Translations under genes and position numbers: made by a program
The notes under the pieces: model-generated
The model's input: the letters and a program-made list of their open reading frames with translations, nothing else
The model's database searches: none
What the model was told of the DNA's origin: nothing
Shown here: one piece after another, positions 49,561 through 59,100 of the stretch
Layout: each line of letters begins with the position of its first letter
Position numbering within the stretch: the stretch's first letter is position 1
Assembly (NCBI GenBank): GCA_002269645.1
Contig: NIVC01002395.1
Coordinates: forward strand, 62,001-126,000
Reading direction: 5' to 3'
DNA length: 64,000 nt
Origin: Macrostomum lignano
Taxonomy: Eukaryota

Positions 49561-50442
49561 TTGACCTCTGAAAATATGAACAGTCAATCAACTGCAGTTC
49601 ATGAGCTGCCTATTGTTCAGGCCAAAAGCGATGACCTCAAAGCCCAATTGAAGGCGCAGTATGAAAATGTGAAGCAACTGAATTCTAGTGCTTTGGTCAA
49701 AGGTGACACCTGGGCTGTGGTGTCAGCGCGTTGGGTGAAGCTGTGGAAAGAATATGTTGGTGCTGAAGCTTTCTATGCAAACAAGCTGGGCGATGAGAAC
49801 TATCACCCTGGACCAATTGACAACTCTGACCTCATTGAACCCGATGGGAAATTAAAGGAGGGCCGATTGGCCGAGATCGACTACTTTTTTATGCACTTGG
49901 AGGCCTGGGAGTTGCTGGCCGAGTACTACTCTACCAAGCAGCCAATGCCAATCTTTCGCAAAGTAATTGAGAAAGGAAAATTCACACGAACCGTAGAAGT
50001 CGAGGTCTACCTGTTGGACATGAAGCTGGCAGAGCTGGCCAACCCCGACAAGGTCATCAGCCATCGGTTCTCACGCGCCTCCCTGTTCTCTGAAGTCGAA
50101 TCCACCATGAGGTCGCTGTTCAAAGTGCCCGACGATCGAGAGACGCGACTGTGGGTGTCGCTTAGCGGCACGCACTATGAGTTACTTACTGACAAAGATC
50201 AGGCTCTGGAGAACCAGGTGTACAATAATCAGTACCTGGTGCTAGAGGTGAAGGGTACCGACGATAAGTGGCCACGCGGAGACGCACCGGGAAGCTTTAC
50301 CATATCTCAAAACAGCAGCTACCTGCAAGACACCGGTGGTCGGTTCAGCGCAGCCTATTTTGCCAATGCCGGCTACTCTGGGAAGGGTGCCGACGGTAAG
50401 TGGCCACGCGGTGACGCACCCGGAAGTTGTACCATATCTTAG
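49561..50442 (+). CDS. Partial USP4/15 duplicate (copy 3): DUSP-UBL plus linker, stops before the catalytic Cys box; possible exon 2 (from 49559)
   Basis: Near-identical to aa 1 to ~265 of the full USP and ends at TAG 50440-50442. It may instead be a pseudogene. Confidence 0.75.
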   Translation: MTSENMNSQSTAVHELPIVQAKSDDLKAQLKAQYENVKQLNSSALVKGDTWAVVSARWVKLWKEYVGAEAFYANKLGDENYHPGPIDNSDLIEPDGKLKEGRLAEIDYFFMHLEAWELLAEYYSTKQPMPIFRKVIEKGKFTRTVEVEVYLLDMKLAELANPDKVISHRFSRASLFSEVESTMRSLFKVPDDRETRLWVSLSGTHYELLTDKDQALENQVYNNQYLVLEVKGTDDKWPRGDAPGSFTISQNSSYLQDTGGRFSAAYFANAGYSGKGADGKWPRGDAPGSCTIS

Positions 50443-50903
50443 AACAGCAACTCAGCTCAGTCTACCCGGTCAGCGCAGCCTAACTTGTGACCAAGCACCC
50501 ACAATCGTAAACCGAGATACGAGTAGTTTTTTGTTAAAGTTGCTGATATTTTTTCAAATTACTTCTGATACTTACTAAAATATATTTGGTATATTTAACC
50601 CAATAGAAAATTTTATCGCTCAAGTATTTTTCTAAATTTCTACTTTATTATATTGTGTCCTAGAAAGTCGGATAGAATTACATGTTACTACTAACTAAGT
50701 AGCTTAAATCCTTTAGGATTTGTTTAAATAAAGAGTATCAATCCTGATAACATATAACAAATCATATTGCAGCGTGCAGAATCAATGTTGTCTTCATTAA
50801 AGAATGATTAGAAAAGGCATCGGATCAACAAGCTTCTGATTGGCTACAATTGAAATAAAGTAACCACAGCCAGCGCAAGCCAGCTACAGGCTCCGCTGCA
50901 GAA

Positions 50904-52713
50904 ATGGGCCCGTTCCCCTTTCGCCTGGTGCCTATGCTGGACGAGCAGCACGACATTCTAGTGCTGACTGGCCTGATTGGCCTGGTAGTGGTGCTGCTGG
51001 CCTACTATGCTTACAAGCGGCTGTACTGGTCCAGATCCATTCCTATACCTATCGATCTGCCCAAGCTGCCCAGGGTGCCATTGTTTAACGATACTCGGCC
51101 GCATTTTCGTAAACGCGATCGAATTCGTTATTGGGTTCGACGGGTGATGCGTCAGGCTCCGCTGCCCAATGTACTGTTGGAGGCCAGGCGGCAGAAACCT
51201 GCAGCGGCTGTGTCTAATATACTCAAATACCTGAGACAGGTGTGCTGTGGGGGCGCACTGCTGGATTCTGTGTTTAGTAATGTGGAGCTGAATGGGATTC
51301 TGCATGGTTTGATGCAGGACGCTGAATGAGATTCTGCATGATTTGATGAAGGAAGCTGAATAGGATTCTGCATGGTTTGATGCAGGACGCTGAATGGGAT
51401 TCTGCATGGTTTGATGAAGGAAGCTGAATAGGATTCTGCATGGTTTGATGCAGGACGCTGAATGGGATTCTGCATGGTTTGATGCAGGACGCTGAATGGG
51501 ATTCTGCATGGTTTGATGCAGGAAGCTGAATGGGATTCTGCATGATTTGATGCAGGAAGCTGAATGGGATTCTGCATGGTTTGATGCAGGACGCTGAATG
51601 GGATTCTGCATGGTTTGATGCAGGACGCTGAATAGGATTCTGCATGGTTTGATGCAGGACGCTGAATGGGATTCTGCATGATTTGATGAAGGAAGCTGAA
51701 TGGGATTCTGCATGGTTTGATGCAGGACGCTGAATGGGATTCTGCATAGTTTGATGCAGGAAGCTGAATGGGATTCTGCATGGTTTGATGCAGGACGCTG
51801 AATGGGATTCTGCATGATTTGATGAAGGAAGCTGAATGGGATTCTGCATGGTTTGATGCAGGACGCTGAATGGGATTCTGCATAGTTTGATGCAGGAAGC
51901 TGAATGGGATTCTGCATGGTTTGATGCAGGACGCTGAATGGGATTCTGCATAGTTTGATGCAGGACGCTGAATGGGATTCTGCATGATTTTATGCAGGAA
52001 GCTGAATGGGATTCTGCCTGACTACGGTATATCGGAATAAGTAGAATGGGATTCTAATACGATTCCACCTTCCTAATTAAAGGTCGGGCCCCGTGGCAGC
52101 GTTGGTCGCGTGCCGCTGGCCCGCGCTCGCATCTCGGCCATCCCGGACTACTTCCTGGAGCCCGAGGATCGCGACGCGGACGAGCCGACCATGCTAAATG
52201 AATTTTATCTGGCAATTAAATCCGTGCGAATATTCGGCAGTCTGGAGCGCTCCTTCATCATGGAGCTGTGCAAGTGCCTGGAGATCATGGAGCTTCGTGC
52301 CGGCGATGCCCTGTTTAAGATTGGCGACATCGATGGCGACATGTTCATTGTGCAGACCGGCCGCGTGCAGCTCTACATGACTGAGGACGGTGAGGCCCGC
52401 TTGTAGTGTGTTTCATGCCCGTGTGCTTTTTGGCAGCTTGCGGCTGATCCTGGGAATTCATGGAAGCTCAGCCACTTTCATCCTGTCTGTCTCTTTCTTT
52501 CTCTCCTCTCCCCTCTACGACTCATTCGAGATGTACATAGCGCCTGCGTACGTTTTTAATCCACATTTGCGCGCTCCTCACTCACACATCGAGCTATCGC
52601 ATTTATATCGGAGACCATCTCGCTTAAAAATATTTGCGTTCATAATCGCCCTGGGGAAGAATATCGGCACTTTGCTTGAATTGTCTGTCTATCTGTCTGT
52701 CTGTCTGTCTCTG

Positions 52714-52754
<41 letters not shown>

Positions 52755-52805
52755 GCCTGTCTGTCTGTCTGCCTGTCTGTCTGTCTCTGTGTCTGTCTGT
52801 CTGTG

Positions 52806-52842
<37 letters not shown>

Positions 52843-52963
52843 GTCTGTCTCTGTGTCTGTCTGTGTGTCTGTCTGTCTGTCTGTCTCTGTCTGTCTGTCT
52901 GTCTATCTGTCCGTCTGTCTGTCTGTGTCTGTCTCTGTCTGTCTGTCTGTCTGTCTGTCTGTG

Positions 52964-52996
<33 letters not shown>

Positions 52997-53019
52997 GTCT
53001 GTCTGTCTGTCTGTCTCTG

Positions 53020-53104
<85 letters not shown>

Positions 53105-56100
53105 GACTGACTCTCTGTCTGTCTGTCTGTGTCTGTCTCTGTCTGTCTGTCTATCTGTCTGCCTGTCTGTCTGTCTGTCTGTCTGACTGACTCTCTGTCT
53201 GTCTGTCTGACTGACTCTCTGTCTGTCTGTCAGTTGCCAACCCAGCCCGCCCCCCTTCAATCCGCAGGTGTGCAGCACCGATTCCACGAGTTCGGGCCCA
53301 ACCAGCCGGTCTACTCGCTGCTAAGCTTCCTAGACGTGCTGACGGGCCACCCGCGGCCCTATCGAACCCTGTCAGCAGAGGCGGTCACCGACGCCAAGGT
53401 GCTGCGCATTCCTTCCCGCCGTCTAGTTGGCCTGTTCGCCCAGCAGCAGTTCCAGCAGACCATGGTGCGCATAGTCCAGGTGATCACCATCCGACTGCAG
53501 CGGGTCACCTTTCAAGCCTTGAATAACTATTTGAGCCTGAGCACGGAATTGTTTAGCGCCGATAGGCAGTCGCTGCCGGACTGCGAGGTGCTCAAACTGC
53601 AGGGACGAATTGCTGAGCTGTCTGGCGTTCCCCTTCTGGTGTCGAGTAAAACAGCAGCTTCTGCCGCGGCTGCGTCTTCGTCTGGCGGAGCTGCTGAAGC
53701 TGCGGCTGCTGCTGCATCGGCCAGTCTGGGGGACAGCGGCAGTAGCGGTGAGTGCAGACCGGTTGTCTAGCCTGGTGGGCTGCTCTATAGATATTGATCT
53801 AGGCTGCTCTAGAGATACATACGCTGTTCCATAGATACTGATGGCTGCTCTATAGATGTTGATCTAGGCTGTTCTATAGATACTGATAGGCTGCTCTATA
53901 GATGTTGATCTAGGCTGTTCTATAGATACTGATAGGCTGCTCTATAGCTATTTATCTAGGCTGCTCTATAGATATTGATCTAGGCTGCTCTATAGATATT
54001 GATCTAGGCTGCTCTATAGCTATTGATCTAGGCTGCTCTATAGATATTGATCTAGGCTGCTCTATAGATATTGATCTAGGCTGCTCTATAGCTATTGATC
54101 TAGGCTGCTCTATAGATATTGATCTAGGCTGCTCTATAGATATTGATCTAGGCTGCTCTATAGCTATTGATCTAGGCTGCTCTATAGCTATTGATCTAGG
54201 CTGCTCTATAGATGTTGATCTAGGCTGCTCTATAGCTATTGATCTAGGCTGCTCTATAGATATTGATCTAGGCTGCTCTATAGCTATTGATCTAGGCTGC
54301 TCTATAGATATTGATCTAGGCTGCTCTATAGCTATTGATCTAGGCTGCTCTATAGATATTGATCTAGGCTGCTCTATAGCTATTGATCTAGGCTGCTCTA
54401 TAGATATTGATCTAGGCTGCTCTATAGCTATTGATCTAGGCTGCTCTATAGATATTGATCTAGGCTGCTCTATAGATATTGATCTAGGCTGCTCTATAGA
54501 TATTGGTAGACTACTATATATAAATTGATAGACTACTCTATAGAGATTGATAGGCTACTCTAGAGAGATGTATATAAATTACCGGAAGAGGTAGGTTGAC
54601 CACCCAGGAAATTGATAGACTAACTTGGGAAATTGAGGGCATTCATTGAAGAAAATTTGAAAGGTCATCAAGATCCGAAGACAGTCTTGAACTCAATAGT
54701 AGCTTAGCTCGCCGGTGACACCGCATCCCGCTCATCTGGTTTATTGTTTTCCAGCCGCCGGTGGTCAGTCTCTTATTGAACAGGCGCAGCAGCAGCAGCG
54801 GCATTATCACCAAGACCAGACACCGCCAGTCCGCGTGTACACCCGCTCCCGGTCTCGGTCTCCGTCGGCGGCGGAATCTTCCACCGCAGCGTCCGACGCT
54901 CAGACAGTTGCCGCCGCTGTCGCCGCCTCGCCCGACGCGCCTTCCGTTTCAGCTTCGAACGACACCGATACGGACTTCGACGCCGCGGTTGAGAAGGCGT
55001 TGGGCAATCGGCGTACTAAGAAAGGCAGTCTGGAAGGCTTGGAGATGGGCGAACTACCAAGGCGTCACATGTCGCTAAGTTTGCACTCAGGTGGAGGCGG
55101 CGGTGGCAGCGGCAGACGGCGGACATCGCGGGTGCCAGCAAACGAGCAGAGCGACGCGTTTCTGAGCACTTTGATGGCGGCGGCTAAGAAGGTAAAATTA
55201 GTGCGGCTCTGGCTTGAAGATGGGATGGGATTGATGGGTTCTCACTCTTGGACTCTTGGATAGGTAGTGTGGCCTGTGGGATGGGTTCTCAGATGGGTGG
55301 TGTTGGATGGGTTCTCAGATGGGTGGTGTTGGGTGCTTTCTTACTCGTAGATCAGAGGTGTGGGATGGGTGTTGGGTGGGTTCTCAGTGGGTGGTGTGGG
55401 ATGGGTTCTCAGATGATGGTGTGGGATGGGTTCTCAGATGGTGGTGTGGGATGGGTTCTCATATAGTGGTGTGGGATGGTTTCTCAGAAAGGTGGTATCT
55501 CAGTAGGTGGTGTGGGATGGGTTCTCAGTGGGTTGTATGGGATAGGTTCTCAGTGGGTGGTGTTTCTGTGTTCTTATATGGTGGTGTAGGATGGGTTCTC
55601 ATATGGTTATGTAGGATGGGTTCTCTGAAAAATCACTGCCATATAAATTTGAGCACTCAACGATTCCCCAATCCCCCATCCGCAGGACATTGCGGCAGTA
55701 TTCGGCCTGCCGGACGCCTCGCTACTGGAGGACCGGGTGACCCTGGCCAGGGTGAAGGCTGGCGCCAAGCTGGTCCGCCAGGGCGACCATTCGCCCAATC
55801 TATTCTTCGTAGTCAGTGGCCGCCTGCACCTGCTGCAGCAGTGCCACCCGCTGTCGGCCAGCGCGCCACCCGCAGTGAACACCCTGTACTCGGTGCTGCC
55901 CGGCGAGATGACCGGCATGATTTCAGCGCTGACTGGCGAAGCGTCGCTGTTCACCATCCGCTGCGAGGAGGAGGCCCACGTGGCTGTGATCACCTGTCGG
56001 GATTTCTACGCTGTGTTGCGCCAACAGCCCAGCGCCGCTTTACACGTGGCGCATTTTATTGTACGCCGAATGTCGCCGTTCCTTCGGCAGATTGACTTCG

Positions 56101-59100
56101 TATTGGATTGGCTGTTTCTGGAGTCCGGCAAGCCGCTTTATAAACAGGGCGACATTGCCAGCAATGTTTATATTGTGCTGCAGGGCCGCCTGCGGCAGGC
56201 GCACACAACGCCTGAGGGGCACAAGCAGCTCACTGGGGAGCTGGGCCGCGGCGACTGGATCGGCTTTCTGGAGGTATATTTGCCTGCTTTCTGCGGCTTC
56301 TCGGTGCTGTTTGGCCAGCCTCCCATATCCTCAGTTGCTGGGCCAGCCTCCCAGATCCTCAGTTGCTGGGCCAGCCTCCCAGATCCTCAGTTGCTGGTGG
56401 CCAGCCTCCCATATCCTCAGTTGCTGGGCCAGCCTCCCAGATCCTCAGTTGCTGGGCCAGCCTCCCATATCCTCAGTTGCTGGGCCAGCCTCCCAGATCC
56501 CCAGTTGCTGGGCCAGCCTCCCAGATCCTCCGTTGCTGGGCCAGCCTCCCAGATCCTCCGTTGCTGGGCCAGCCTCCCAGATCCTCAGTTGCTGGGCCAG
56601 CCTCCCAGATCCCCAGTTGCTGGGCCAGCCTCCCAGATCCTCCGTTGCTGGGCCAGCCTCCCAGATCCTCCGTTGCTGGGCCAGCCTCCCAGATCCTCAG
56701 TTGCTGGTGGCCAGCCTCCCAGATCCTCAGTTGCTGGGCCAGCCTCCCAGATCCTCCGTTGCTGGGCCAGCCTCCCAGATCCTCAGTTGCTGGGCCAGCT
56801 TCCCAGATGCTCAGTTGCTGGGCCAGCCTCCCAGATCCTCAGTTGCTGGGCCAGCCTCCCAGATCCTCAGTTGCTGGGCCAGCCTCCCAGATCCTCCGTT
56901 GCTAGGCCAGCCTCCCAGATCCTCAGTTGCTGGGTCAGCCTCCCAGATCCTCCGTTGCTAGGCCAGCCTCCCAGATCCCCAGTTGCTGGGCCAGCCTCCC
57001 AGATCCTCCGTTGCTGGGCCAGCCTCCCAGATCCTCCGTTGCTGGGCCAGCCTCCCAGATCCTCAGTTGCTGGTGGCCAGCCTCCCAGATGCTCAGTTGC
57101 TGGGCCAGCCTCCCTGATCCTCCGTTGCTAGGCACTCTACCAGAACCTGCATCCAATTCTAAATTCGCGCAGGTGTTCACCCTGCGCCCCCGCGCCACCA
57201 CGGTCATCGCTGTCCGAGACAGCGAACTCGCCCAGATCCCCGTTGACCTGCTGAACATGATCAAGCGCCGGCACCCGCATATCGTCACCCGGTTGATCAC
57301 AGTGCTGTCCCAGCGACTGCTAGGCAACATTGTTGACAATCCCGGCGGCTCAGGCCGCGGCGCCGACATGGTGGACCTGCACCGGGTGCCCATGGCCAAC
57401 CTCCGCTCCGTGGCGCTGTTCCCAGCCAGCTCGCGGGTGCCGCTCGAGGCCTTCGCCTTGGAGCTGCAGCACGCCCTGTCTATTGTTGGGCCCAGCATGC
57501 GCCTGACCTCGCAGATTGTGCTCAAACGGTTCGGTCGGCGGGCATTCGAGCGCGACAATGAGTATAGAATGACCAGCTGGCTGGCCCAGCAGGAGGACAA
57601 TCACCGGCTGCTGCTGTACCTGTGCGATCTCGAGCGCACCGTCTGGACTCGGCGTTGCATTCGACAGGCCGACTGTCTGCTGATTGTGGCCTTGGCCGAC
57701 GAGAAAGTTGACGCTATGAATCACGTTAAGCGGGTTAGTGTTGGGATTTGATTTTTATCTGCTTTTCTGTGTGGATTGGGGCTGGATTGTGTTGTGGATT
57801 ATGGAGTGGTTCTGGCTTGGGTTGTGGGGTGGATTGACGCTGTATTGTGGGGTGGATTGAGGCTGGGTTATGGGGTGGATTGGGGCTGGGTTATGGGGTG
57901 GATCGGGGCTGGGTTATGGGGTGGATTGGGGCTGGGTTATGGGGTGGATTGGGGCTGGGTTATGGGGTGGATTGGGGCTGGGTTATGGGGTGGATCGGGG
58001 CTGGGTTATGGGGTGGATTGGGGCTGGGTTATGGGGTGGATTGGGGCTGGGTTATGGGGTGGATCGGGGCTGGGTTATGGGGTGGATTGACGCTGTATTT
58101 TGGGGTGGATTGAGGCTGGGTTATGGGGTGGACTGGGGCTGGGTTATGGGGTGGATTGGGGCTGGGTTATGGGGTGGATTGGGGCTGGGTTATGGGGTGG
58201 ATTGGGGCTGGGTTATGGGGTGGATTGGGGCTGGGTTATGGGGTGGATTGGGGCTGGGTTATGGGGTGGATCGGGGCTGGGTTATGGGGTGGATTGGGGC
58301 TGGGTTATGGGGTGGATTCAAGCTGGATCATGTGATGTTAGGCGTGCTGTATCCCATTGTTTTCCTCACTTCTGTGTCTCCAAACCTCAGGTGGTGCTGC
58401 CGGACTCCAGCCGGTTGCTGAACATGCTGATCCTGCTGCACCGCGAATCAGTCGAGTACCCAACGCCAGGCAAGGCGGCGGAGCTTCTTAACAAAGCTTC
58501 CGAGCCGCACTTCGATAATCAGCTAGTTATCCAGCAGCATCTGCACATCCGGGTGCCTAAGCGCGTGTTCGCCCGGCGCAGTTCCAATCGAGTGCTGGAG
58601 ACCTACAGGGCTGTGCTGTCCGAGCCGCCCAATCCAATGTCGGACATGTGCCGGCTGGCCAGGGTTATCACTAGCACTGCCGTTGGCCTGGTGCTGGGCG
58701 GCGGCGGGGCCCGGGGCCTGTCGCATCTGGGCGTGATCCGCGCCCTGACTGAGGCTGGCATCCCTATCGACATGGTTGGCGGCACCTCGATTGGCTCTTT
58801 TGTTGGCGCTCTGTGGGCGGAGGAGACGCAACGATTGGACCGATTTCAGGTAATTTTTTTCAATTGACTCCCGAATAGCGGGATTGGACTAATTCAGTTT
58901 TCCAATCATTCCAATTATTTTATTTTTTTCACCTTATGCAATACCGAATTACAAATGGAATGAGAATATACAATATTTGCCCTACGCTCATTCTCTCTCC
59001 TCTCCCCTTCTCTCCCCCTCTCCCTCTCTCCCTCTCCCTCTCTCCCTCTCTCCCTCTCCCCTTCTCTCCCTCTCTCCCTCTCTCCCTCTCCCTCTCTCCC

